Assembly: GCA_964645485.1 (NCBI GenBank)
Contig: CAZXZO010000019.1
Location: 1 to 25,744, forward strand
Source: an uncultured Candidatus Poseidoniales archaeon
GTDB lineage: Archaea; Thermoplasmatota; Poseidoniia; Poseidoniales; Thalassarchaeaceae
Length of the DNA: 25,744 nt
Reading direction: 5' to 3'
The notes beneath the pieces were generated by a model. It had not been told where the DNA came from, made no database searches, and saw nothing but the letters and a program-made list of their open reading frames with translations. Below, piece by piece: positions 9,821-18,582 of the stretch (the stretch's first letter is position 1; each line of letters begins with the position of its first letter). A program made the position numbers and the translations under genes.

Positions 9821-12349
9821 TCACTCAACCTCAACATACCTTGCCTTGAAACCGAAGGGTGAGAAGACCTCTCCGGCTACTTCGTAAAATTGCTTCATCC
9901 ACTCGACTAGGTGAAGACGAGCGGTGTGAATATTTGGACTGAAAACCCCTAACACCCACGCAAAACCCTGAATTCCCAGCCAAGCAAAGAACATAATCAT
10001 AACAGAATAAGAGCCTCCTCCAAAGAAAGCACCAACAAAGAATGAACACATGAAGAAAGTCGTTGCTACCTTCACAACATCAAATTCATTCTTGCGCATG
10101 ATAATTGCTGTAAAGACTGCGCTTACTAACAATATAATGGACAGGTCTAGATACTCTGCACCGGTAAAGAAAAGTCCGAATAACCCGGTCATTCCAACGC
10201 CAATCCACATATTGAATCCACTCAAGTCAATCGGCAGATGCTTGCCAAACAACTTCACAACAATTGCGAGAATAAATGGGATGAACACCACCCATGCCAT
10301 GGTGCCTTCAACACCATTGTGCGCCATAGTTTCTATTGCACCTAACATTCCAGTTCCTTCATGAGCATCGCCATAAAACAACACATTGCCTAACTCAGCA
10401 ATTTTTACGCCGACTAAACCAACTAATGCTATACGCATGTATGAGATGACATTGCTGATTATTCCAAATGGCTCAATTAAAGAAAGAATTGCGCTGATAC
10501 CCATCGGATAACCATGGAACTTCCAAGTTGCATAGAACAGCATGAGAATCCCTAGAAGTAAAACAGTCCCACCAATTGTCATCATACTGCCGAGGAAACC
10601 GAGGTATCCTTCACCAGTATGAGCTCCAGAACCGATTACCATGTATGCGTATGCTAGTAAGAATCCACCAACAGTGATTGCAATCCAGGAACCCTTATCG
10701 AAGAATGCTGTAACAAATCCACGGTTTCCGTGACTATCTCCAACAACCATCACATCTCTGAATCCAATGAAGAGACCTAGCAAAATATGTGCTACTCCAA
10801 TGTAAATTGAGAGCAGAATTAGATTCATCAAGTCTGAACTTACTCTGTGGAATGGGAATCCGAGTGACAAGCCAAATGGTAATCCATGAGACACGCCCAT
10901 GAAAGAGAACAAGGAAAGGTCGTTAGTTGACCAATGGAATTCTCCACCATTCGGGTAGAAGAAACTTGGCCATGTTGCCCACGCGGGTGCGTGGCTTGGA
11001 GCCCAGTGACATCCTGTTGCGCCTGCTTCAGCCATTCCATAAGTTGCGACCGTATCACACGCGTAATGCGGTAATATCTCAAATCCAGCAAATTCGCCAT
11101 AAATATAACCAAATAACACAGTTGAAAGACCGATATACATTAGTAATTTAGAAGCAAGATACCCTTGGTCAGTGTGACCAATTTTCTGGTAAAGCGCATA
11201 AGCAAGTGCTAGGGTACCTATCCCATAGAGCATATCTCCGAGCATCAAACCAAAGAATAGTGGGTAAGTAATCATCAAGAAAAGAGTTGGGTCAACTTTC
11301 CGATAGGCTGGCCGACCCATCATATCAACTACCAACTCGAATGGCTTTGCAGCATTTCGCTCTGCAAACTTGATTGGTGGCAAAGATTCACTGTCATCGT
11401 GATGCCCATGAGCGCCGCCACCAGGTACAACTTTGTATCTTTCAATGTCAACATGAAGGCAAGAATCTGCTAATGCAGACCGGATTTCTTCTTCCTGAAT
11501 TGATTCAACCCAGCCATCAATAACAAATGCATGGTCACTTACTGCTAATCGGACTGCTCCATTAGCGAGAGTTAAATCGCGCTCAAGTAATTCAATTCCT
11601 CCAAGCAATGTTGTCCCATTGTGTTGGGCCCATTCATCAAGTTCCAATTGTAAATTCTCACGCTCAGATGTTAAGAAAGCGACCTGGTCATTTAATTTCT
11701 CCAATTTAGTTGAGATTGAGCCGCTTCCTTCTGGAACCATCAAAGCAGTAAATCCGCCATCATCAAGGCCTGATTGAACTTCAGAACTGTGTTCTTTCTT
11801 GCAAAATACAGCCACTACAGTTGTTTTGCCTTCGGAAATGAATGCTTCGCCTTCACCTGCGGCCCCCTGAGCAATTGGTCCATCCTTAATTGTACCAACA
11901 AAACTCATTATTGAATCATAACCTGAAAGTAACTCCAAATCAAGACCTAATGGCTCTAATAATTCAAGGATCTCGATTTCATCACTAATTGTTTCAAGTT
12001 CTGAATCAATTTCCCCCAATCTATCTAGATGGGTTAGCATTTCATTAACTAATGACGGCAAATCTGCTGCCATCTTTAATCGGACAGAGTTAGATTCTAG
12101 AGGTACCTTTGGGTCACCTGCATCGATTTGAGAGATAGCACTCCGGAAAAGATTGAGTTCACGGCCAACTGCCGGTGAATCTTCAGTAGGCGAACCAAGA
12201 GAGAATCCTTCTTCGGCCCCACCATAATCAACAAGGTGAACTGCATTGACATCAGCCAGTGATTGAACTGCATCATCAACTTTGGAGATGAGACCTGCTG
12301 CTGTCAGGCGAGACATTCCTTGAGTTGTAAACTGACTCAACATGCTCAC
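9821..12349 (-). CDS. atpI: A/V-type ATP synthase subunit I (a), 842 aa
   Basis: IDGWV, P.Y..VDPT.FL.ITYPLFFGLMLGD..YG, SNVISYMRI (essential Arg639) and HTARLHLVEW.KQFY...F.PFG; SD GGTGAG. Confidence 0.96.
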   Translation of the reverse strand: MSMLSQFTTQGMSRLTAAGLISKVDDAVQSLADVNAVHLVDYGGAEEGFSLGSPTEDSPAVGRELNLFRSAISQIDAGDPKVPLESNSVRLKMAADLPSLVNEMLTHLDRLGEIDSELETISDEIEILELLEPLGLDLELLSGYDSIMSFVGTIKDGPIAQGAAGEGEAFISEGKTTVVAVFCKKEHSSEVQSGLDDGGFTALMVPEGSGSISTKLEKLNDQVAFLTSERENLQLELDEWAQHNGTTLLGGIELLERDLTLANGAVRLAVSDHAFVIDGWVESIQEEEIRSALADSCLHVDIERYKVVPGGGAHGHHDDSESLPPIKFAERNAAKPFELVVDMMGRPAYRKVDPTLFLMITYPLFFGLMLGDMLYGIGTLALAYALYQKIGHTDQGYLASKLLMYIGLSTVLFGYIYGEFAGFEILPHYACDTVATYGMAEAGATGCHWAPSHAPAWATWPSFFYPNGGEFHWSTNDLSLFSFMGVSHGLPFGLSLGFPFHRVSSDLMNLILLSIYIGVAHILLGLFIGFRDVMVVGDSHGNRGFVTAFFDKGSWIAITVGGFLLAYAYMVIGSGAHTGEGYLGFLGSMMTIGGTVLLLGILMLFYATWKFHGYPMGISAILSLIEPFGIISNVISYMRIALVGLVGVKIAELGNVLFYGDAHEGTGMLGAIETMAHNGVEGTMAWVVFIPFILAIVVKLFGKHLPIDLSGFNMWIGVGMTGLFGLFFTGAEYLDLSIILLVSAVFTAIIMRKNEFDVVKVATTFFMCSFFVGAFFGGGSYSVMIMFFAWLGIQGFAWVLGVFSPNIHTARLHLVEWMKQFYEVAGEVFSPFGFKARYVEVE

Positions 12350-12365
12350 CTACAATGGTTATTTC

Positions 12366-12680
12366 TCACGCCCTAAAAGAATCCAAGACCGACTCTACTG
12401 CGGAGTTCCGGTTGCTTTCGCCACCGGCCCGAATATCATCTAATTCCTTCTCACCCTTTTTCTTCACTTTGTTAGCAGCCTTGCCTGCAGCAGAATTGGC
12501 ATCATCTACCATTTTGCTTGCATTTTCATCCGCTTCACGGCGTCCTTCAGCAATCATTGTAGAGGCATCAACCCTCGCTTTTGCTACAATTCCAGACGCA
12601 TCTGTATGCGCTTTTGCGATATGGTCTGACGCCTTCTTTTCGGCATCTTTGATTGAGCGTAAAATTTCCTCACGTGACAC
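12366..12680 (-). CDS. atpH: A/V-type ATP synthase subunit H (peripheral stalk, G-like)
   Basis: The likely start is GTG 12680 (MSREEILRSIKDAE) after GGTGG; the track start is 12689. It is an all-helical Ala/Lys/Glu/Asp protein and the first gene of the canonical H-I-K-E-C-F-A-B-D order. Confidence 0.85.
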   Translation of the reverse strand: MSREEILRSIKDAEKKASDHIAKAHTDASGIVAKARVDASTMIAEGRREADENASKMVDDANSAAGKAANKVKKKGEKELDDIRAGGESNRNSAVESVLDSFRA

Positions 12681-12798
12681 AAGAACCACCCATGGGTGAT
12701 TAGGCGACCAATGTGCAGTTTATGTATGTAACCTCACGTCGTAAAACCTTCAACTCTTGGTTCCGACGCGTTGAAACACAAAACCCCTGACCCACGGT

Positions 12799-13524
12799 AT
12801 GGGGAGAGGCATGGACAGTGAGCATATCGGCGACTCCGATTGGTCTGAGTTGCAGGCTAATTTAGAAGCCACTATTCCAGTATACGACCGCATAAATCGC
12901 TTCGCCACTCTTTGCCAAGACCAACGCTGGAGAAAAGGTGTACGGGCACAAATCCCCGCTGGTAGCAAAGTCTTGGAAGTTGGTTGTGGTCCAGGAACTT
13001 TCGCCGAGCGAATTGTATCTTGCGATGTCACCTGTTTAGACCCAATTCCAGCGATGTTGGAGGTAGCGCGACAACGAGTCAATGAGGCTCGGGCCGAGCG
13101 AGGTGAAGAACCCGCCAACTTCATTGAGGGGACTGCAGAAGAAATACCACTTTCAGACAATTCATTTGATGTAGTCTGTTGTCTATTTTCATTCAGAGAT
13201 TTTCAAGATAAGCGTAAGGGACTAGAAGAAATACTCCGCGTATTGAAACCGGGGGGCAAACTGATAATTTGTGATGCCGGAAAATCAAATTTCCTACATG
13301 GGTGGCTTGGTTGGCTATGGATGAAATTGTGGGTAGGAACCTACGCCCGGTTAATATGCAAACAAGATGACCACCCTTGGAAATGGCTAACCAAGACCTA
13401 TGTTCACTTCGGAACTACTCGGCAGTACAAACGTATGATGCGAGAAGTTGGATTTGCGCCTGTAAAGGGAAGACTATTGTTTCCTGGGATGGCAGCACGA
13501 TTCATCGGCGAAAAACCCGAGTAA
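12799..13524 (+). CDS. menG: UbiE/MenG-family class I SAM-dependent methyltransferase (probable demethylmenaquinone methyltransferase)
   Basis: YDRINRFATLCQDQRWRK (like UbiE YD.MN..MS.G.H..W), motif I VLEVGCGPG, AEEIPLSDNSFDVV, F.FRDFQDK..GLEEILRVLKPGG and C-terminal W.WL.KT..HF....MM.EVGF. An alternative start is ATG 12811. Confidence 0.7.
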   Translation: MGRGMDSEHIGDSDWSELQANLEATIPVYDRINRFATLCQDQRWRKGVRAQIPAGSKVLEVGCGPGTFAERIVSCDVTCLDPIPAMLEVARQRVNEARAERGEEPANFIEGTAEEIPLSDNSFDVVCCLFSFRDFQDKRKGLEEILRVLKPGGKLIICDAGKSNFLHGWLGWLWMKLWVGTYARLICKQDDHPWKWLTKTYVHFGTTRQYKRMMREVGFAPVKGRLLFPGMAARFIGEKPE

Positions 13525-13554
13525 TTCGATGGCTGCAAACCTCATCTAACTCAG

Positions 13555-14688
13555 TCAGATGATAAACAGAGGACGCCGGCAGTCAATTGCTCGGCGCAAT
13601 CCGTTTGTCCCTAACATTCTCATTGCAAGTTCAGTTGAGAAATCGTTGCGACAGAAAGTCCAGAATAGATTTTTTGAGCGACGAGAAATCCGCAACTGTT
13701 TTGCCATCGTCTTCTTCAAGATATTATCATAATTTGATAACGATGTGTCACCCATTTTGTCAGCAAGAATTGCTTCGGCGGCATATTTTCCAGAAATTAT
13801 TGCCTGACCAATTCCACCTCCATTCGACGGCATTACCAAACCAGCAGCATCACCAACTGATAACACATTATCTTTCACTGCTGATTTCACCATTCTTCCG
13901 AGTGGAATCCATCCACCACCATATGAATGGATGGTCAAACCAAGACCATCACAAAATTTGTTTAATCTCTGTTTCAAAGGGACATCAAGATGATTATAGC
14001 GAACACCAATCCCAACATTTGCAATATCACCCTTGGGAATTATCCATGCGTATCCACCTGGCGCAACACTGCCCATGAAAATATCGAAAGAATCGGAATC
14101 ATGGCCAGTAACTTGGCAATAGATTGTTGGCAGCTGCCCACCAGGCCTATCTTCACTGCCTCTCAATCTCCCAACATGGGCCAATGCACCGGTAGCATCT
14201 ATTACATAATCAGCAGTGAATGAACCGTTGTTAGTACGATAGACTTCGCGATTCAATTTACTTTGGTTTTGCACCTTTCTTAACTCTGTACCAGTTCTGA
14301 TTTCAGCGCCCATCGATACAGCCCTATCAGCGAGGTGCCCATCAAATTGCAGACGATGAGCGCCATAACAATCGAGTTCAAACCCATATTCCTTCATTGA
14401 TGGCGTGTAAACTCTCATCCACTCAAGATATTGCCCTAACACATGGTCTGGAAATTTCCAATATTCCTCAAGCCACTGGTCTTGTTTGATTAAAGGAAAG
14501 GCATCACTCATTTCACCCCAAGCCGGGATACATTCGCCACATTGAGCGGGATTCCCCACCGTTTGACGGCGCTCAATGACTAACACATCCATGCCTAATT
14601 CTGCTAATCGATTGGCAGCAGTTGAACCACCCGGCCCAGACCCAACAACAAGCACTTCTCGGTGTTCTGGTTCAGTTCCTTTACTCAT
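13555..14688 (-). CDS. Geranylgeranyl reductase family FAD-dependent oxidoreductase (DGGGPL reductase/MenJ-like)
   Basis: VLVVGSGPGG (FAD GxGxxG), QCGE, IDATG, APGGYAWIIPKG (PxxYxWxFP-like) and VGDAAG.V.P.NGGGIGQAIISGKYAA. Confidence 0.9.
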   Translation of the reverse strand: MSKGTEPEHREVLVVGSGPGGSTAANRLAELGMDVLVIERRQTVGNPAQCGECIPAWGEMSDAFPLIKQDQWLEEYWKFPDHVLGQYLEWMRVYTPSMKEYGFELDCYGAHRLQFDGHLADRAVSMGAEIRTGTELRKVQNQSKLNREVYRTNNGSFTADYVIDATGALAHVGRLRGSEDRPGGQLPTIYCQVTGHDSDSFDIFMGSVAPGGYAWIIPKGDIANVGIGVRYNHLDVPLKQRLNKFCDGLGLTIHSYGGGWIPLGRMVKSAVKDNVLSVGDAAGLVMPSNGGGIGQAIISGKYAAEAILADKMGDTSLSNYDNILKKTMAKQLRISRRSKNLFWTFCRNDFSTELAMRMLGTNGLRRAIDCRRPLFII

Positions 14689-15670
14689 GTCGGTCCATCA
14701 CCTGTTTCGTGAGCCACTCTAGAGCGTCCCTTGCTTCACATTTTGGAAACTGGAGAAGAGCATCAATAGCCCTTTCAAGATGATTATTCGTGAGAGTTTG
14801 AGCATAACCAATACTTCCAGCCCGCTGTAGTAGTTCTGTTAATTCATCCCACAACCCATCATGAAACCCAGAGATAACCTCGGCTAATCTTCGTCGGTCG
14901 TCACCATGTGAAAGTGTCAATGAATGGATTAACGGAAGAGTCATTTTTCCTTCTATTACATCATTCCCTCTCGGTTTACCCATTCGCTCATCCCCTTCTA
15001 AGTCAAGTAAATCATCAACAATTTGGAACGCCAATCCTAATTCTAGGCCAAACTGACCCAAAATATCCGCTAGTTCAGGGCTAGCGCCTGCAACTAAAGC
15101 AGCTGCAGTACAGCCGGCTGCAAATGGGCCTGCAGTTTTCCCAGAAATGATTTCATAGTAATCTTCTGGAGTGGTTGCTAAATTTCCAACATGACGGAGT
15201 TGCATCAATTCAGCGGAAGCAATTTGAGCACAGTAATTTGATATTAGCCGAACTATTTGTTCCTCATATCTACCTCCTAATCCAAAGCCTTCAACGAAGA
15301 GATAGTCTCCTGCTATTAGGGCTCTAGCAGAATCATATTTCTCATGCAATGTTGGAACGTTTCTGCGAAACTCCGCCTCGTCATTAATATCATCATGAAC
15401 TAGAGTTGCAGTGTGAATCATCTCAAATGCAAGGGCAAGTGGCATTGCCTCACTCTCATCTTTCCCACCTGCCAATTGATATGAAAGTAGAAGCAAGATT
15501 GGACGCCATCTTTTCCCACCAGCCATCAGAACTTCTTTTGCAAGCGCCATTATTTCACCATTTTCACCTTGACAGGCTGCTTCAACATGAGCAATCAATG
15601 CGGCTTCAAAGCGATCACGAACATTCTCAATAAATGCGATGTGATTATCTGCTGATTGCATCCGACTCAT
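14681..15670 (-). CDS. Trans-isoprenyl (polyprenyl) diphosphate synthase, probably long-chain (IspB/HepT-like)
   Basis: GGKRWRP, FARM HTATLVHDDIND..E.RR..PT, GDYLF, GKTA, SARM LAFQIVDDLLD and D.IEGKMTLPLIH. The real start is most likely ATG 15670 or 15661, because the track's 15856 extension overlaps the divergent gene. Confidence 0.93.
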   Translation of the reverse strand: MSRMQSADNHIAFIENVRDRFEAALIAHVEAACQGENGEIMALAKEVLMAGGKRWRPILLLLSYQLAGGKDESEAMPLALAFEMIHTATLVHDDINDEAEFRRNVPTLHEKYDSARALIAGDYLFVEGFGLGGRYEEQIVRLISNYCAQIASAELMQLRHVGNLATTPEDYYEIISGKTAGPFAAGCTAAALVAGASPELADILGQFGLELGLAFQIVDDLLDLEGDERMGKPRGNDVIEGKMTLPLIHSLTLSHGDDRRRLAEVISGFHDGLWDELTELLQRAGSIGYAQTLTNNHLERAIDALLQFPKCEARDALEWLTKQVMDRHE

Positions 15671-15734
15671 TTCTTGCAGAAGGGTCGGATATATCAACAG
15701 GTGGCTGAGGGGAACCGATACAGGAAGTGCGCTA

Positions 15735-16766
15735 ATGAGTGAAGATGTGCCACTGTTAATCGCTCGCGCTCCCACCGATTCAGCTGACCTGCTCAGTGCA
15801 TTTACTGGATTAGACAATATTGATATTGAACTCAAAGAAGTATCAACAACCTCCATAGAAGAAGGAATTGAGAAATTACAAAACGGTGAGACTGACCTCT
15901 TACTAGCCGCTGCAAAAGACCTTTCGGATTTGGGCGAGTTAGACCAAGGATTGACTGTAGTAGGTGCGTTACCACTACGTGACTGGAATTATGTCTTAGT
16001 GAGTGAAGACCGGCCCAATCACCTCCCCAAAAATGCAATTGTCCTAAGTCAAAACCAACTAGTACGACGGCAACTGAGAAGATTCCGCCCCGATGCTAGA
16101 GTACGCTCTCCAAAAGCCCATCTTGGAATTACAGAAACAGAAAAACCCGAATCACTAGATTATGACGACATATACTCATTTGTTAATTGGGCTGAAGAAT
16201 TACGCCAATCAGGAGATATTGACGGATACGCAATCCCTCGTCACATCCATCGCCTAGCAGGTTTCAAAACCCGCCGTCACGCACTTACTCAGGATGCTGC
16301 TGAAGATGAACTCTTCCGATTCCTTCCACTTCCACACGCTGGTACAATCATTGTCATAGGAAGAACAGGATTTCCTAAGAAAAAAATTGCTACAATGCTT
16401 GACCACGAAGCAGAGACGTCGTGGCAAGTCAATGAAATCCTCCTGAAAAATATGGATTCCAATATTAAGAATATAGTAGGCATTCTAACAAGGCATAGGC
16501 AACCTGCAACTCTAATTCGTGAAGCAGAGAGAAAGCGTGACCTGTTAACCCGAAATGTACTGGTTGACCCTGAGGGTGAAATTACAACGAATGAAGTGAA
16601 GGTTGACATTCAGATTGAACTTGTGAGCCACAAAGGAAACTCTACCATCAGCATGCAAAGAATAGCAGATTTACAGGACACAACAGTTGTCACGAATTTC
16701 CTCTCCGACGAGTGGTCAAACTTAGTAAAACTAGGAACTCGTGATGGGAAATTTATTGACCTCTAG
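15735..16766 (+). CDS. Degenerate hydroxymethylbilane synthase (HemC/porphobilinogen deaminase)-like protein
   Basis: Collinear HemC-like blocks: L.NGETDLLLAAAKDL, GLTVVGALPLRDWNYVLVS, LPKNAIVL...RRQL..FRPD, GDIDGYAI and FLPLPHAG.I.VIGR. The key motifs are eroded and the protein has no Cys. Confidence 0.7.
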   Translation: MSEDVPLLIARAPTDSADLLSAFTGLDNIDIELKEVSTTSIEEGIEKLQNGETDLLLAAAKDLSDLGELDQGLTVVGALPLRDWNYVLVSEDRPNHLPKNAIVLSQNQLVRRQLRRFRPDARVRSPKAHLGITETEKPESLDYDDIYSFVNWAEELRQSGDIDGYAIPRHIHRLAGFKTRRHALTQDAAEDELFRFLPLPHAGTIIVIGRTGFPKKKIATMLDHEAETSWQVNEILLKNMDSNIKNIVGILTRHRQPATLIREAERKRDLLTRNVLVDPEGEITTNEVKVDIQIELVSHKGNSTISMQRIADLQDTTVVTNFLSDEWSNLVKLGTRDGKFIDL

Positions 16767-16923
16767 AACAGTAATCGTTCACACTTCTGTGATCATGGAG
16801 AATCTCACATCTTCGAGATGTCTCGGTTTCTATCATTAGCCACCACAACTGCCACTTTCGCCTACTCATCAAGCGCAACATAGATGTTTGGAACGTGAAG
16901 ACTGCACCATAGGTGAACGGGGT

Positions 16924-18573
16924 TTGGCCATCGACACAGAGTTGCTGAATTCGCTTTTTCAGGCGAAACTCGCAGAGTTACGAGACCTCGCTGTCGAAAA
17001 TAACCTCCCAAAAACCGGAAATGTTGAACAACTCCGGGCAAAATTGATTGCAACCCTTGTTTTGAACCAATTTGACTTCACTGATTCGGGCATCAATAAG
17101 ATGCAAAATAACGAGTTGACTGAAATTCTCGGACTCTTCGGTGTGAAGAAATCAGGAGCGAAAAAAGCAAAGATGCGTCGACTTTGGCTACACCTAAATG
17201 GCGACCCGAAAAAACTCAATGTTTCAACCATCGGTGATATGACCCGCGAAGAATTACATGCACTTTGCATTACATTTGATTTACCACGCTCTGGAAACAA
17301 GAATGTCCTGATGGGAAGAGTTGCCGGTGTGCTGTCATCCGAGGAGAAATCTTGGGGTAGAGTCAAGAAAAGTTTGCGCACAGGACAGAAGACCATTGAA
17401 ACCGATGTTGAGCCTAGTTCAGACAATGACGCGGGAGACTTAGAGCCAATTACACCGGTCGAAGTAGTTGAAGAACCTGAACCTGTTGAACTACCAACTG
17501 AATTTGAAGATGAAATTTCAACCACACCGTCACAAACGCCAACTATAGCGCCAGAACCAGCGCCCCTCACCCTAGACGAAGGAGCAGGTGAGGCATTAGT
17601 ACGTCTAGAATCTCGTCGAGCAGAACTCACAAGCCACCTCAGAGAATTCTTGTTAATAGGAAGAGAACAGGATGAGGATGATGTTTCCGCATTCATTGAG
17701 GATTTAGGTCGATTAGGGTTTGGAATTGAGCATGAAATTGTGCGTGGGCAAATCCTAGATGAATTACAACAGATGATTCAATTGAAACACCAAGAAGATT
17801 CTGCCCGCTCTGCATTACCAGGTTCTTGGCGTGAGAAACAAGCATTGCGCCAGTTGGAAGATGCCCGGCCTGACTTGCTTGACAAGTTGGATGAAATTCT
17901 CCAAAGACGAGGTGGTGAAATCGCTTCTGCAAGAGTTGATTTTGAGAATGCTGCATTAGATGTAGGACTTGATTTAGAATTGGCTGCGATTAGTGGCAGA
18001 GTTCACGGATTATTTGACCTTCAAGTATCTCTACGTGCTAGTGAGGAGGAATTAGACCCAGTTACTTCTAGACGCCACAGAGCCATGGAAACCCTGTACA
18101 CCAGAAGCCACGACCTTAGCGATGAAGCGATGAACCAACTTGGCAAGGTTGAGACACAGATGGAAGCCTTTGAACGAGTTGTTGAAACAATCGTTAGACG
18201 GTCTGAGGGGCAGTTTGGGCCTATCGAACACGCTCTTCTTGTGCGATTCCTTGAACGAAGAGGATGGGACCCAAATCAACCAGAGGTTAGACCTAGATTG
18301 TTAGCCGCCGCTGGTGTTTTAGCCGCCGAGATGGGGTACGTTTCCGCTGCCGACATTCCATCTCTTCCGACTTCAATTTCCCTTGATGCTGACAAGGTTT
18401 CAGATGTTGTTGATTCAATGAGGGATATTCTAACAGAGATGGGCAGGAAACCTCCAACAATTGAATCTGCTACAGCAGTTGAACCAAGTGATGAACCCGA
18501 ATCAGATAGGGTGAAGTCAAAACTTGACGCCGCAGATGCATTACTTCGTAAACTAAACCGCGGTGAAAATTGA
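16924..18573 (+). CDS. Hypothetical protein with three N-terminal SAP-like helix-extended-loop-helix motifs, an acidic Pro/Glu linker and a helical C-terminal region
   Basis: ORF 16888..18573; the likelier start is TTG 16924 after GGTGA. Three repeats fit the SAP pattern (ELxxxxxxxxLxxSGxKxxLxxRL): AELRDLAVENNLPKTGNVEQLRAKL, NELTEILGLFGVKKSGAKKAKMRRL and EELHALCITFDLPRSGNKNVLMGRV. Confidence 0.75.
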   Translation: MAIDTELLNSLFQAKLAELRDLAVENNLPKTGNVEQLRAKLIATLVLNQFDFTDSGINKMQNNELTEILGLFGVKKSGAKKAKMRRLWLHLNGDPKKLNVSTIGDMTREELHALCITFDLPRSGNKNVLMGRVAGVLSSEEKSWGRVKKSLRTGQKTIETDVEPSSDNDAGDLEPITPVEVVEEPEPVELPTEFEDEISTTPSQTPTIAPEPAPLTLDEGAGEALVRLESRRAELTSHLREFLLIGREQDEDDVSAFIEDLGRLGFGIEHEIVRGQILDELQQMIQLKHQEDSARSALPGSWREKQALRQLEDARPDLLDKLDEILQRRGGEIASARVDFENAALDVGLDLELAAISGRVHGLFDLQVSLRASEEELDPVTSRRHRAMETLYTRSHDLSDEAMNQLGKVETQMEAFERVVETIVRRSEGQFGPIEHALLVRFLERRGWDPNQPEVRPRLLAAAGVLAAEMGYVSAADIPSLPTSISLDADKVSDVVDSMRDILTEMGRKPPTIESATAVEPSDEPESDRVKSKLDAADALLRKLNRGEN

Positions 18574-18582
18574 ACATCATCT

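Noticed and set aside
15671-15856. N-terminal extension of the prenyl synthase ORF in the track
   Set aside because: It overlaps the divergent HemC-like gene, reads as non-coding-like sequence, and homology begins after Met 15670.
16807-16821. Small hairpin ACATCT-TCG-AGATGT between the HemC-like and SAP genes
   Set aside because: It is a 6-bp stem with a 3-nt loop and no T-tract, which is expected by chance.
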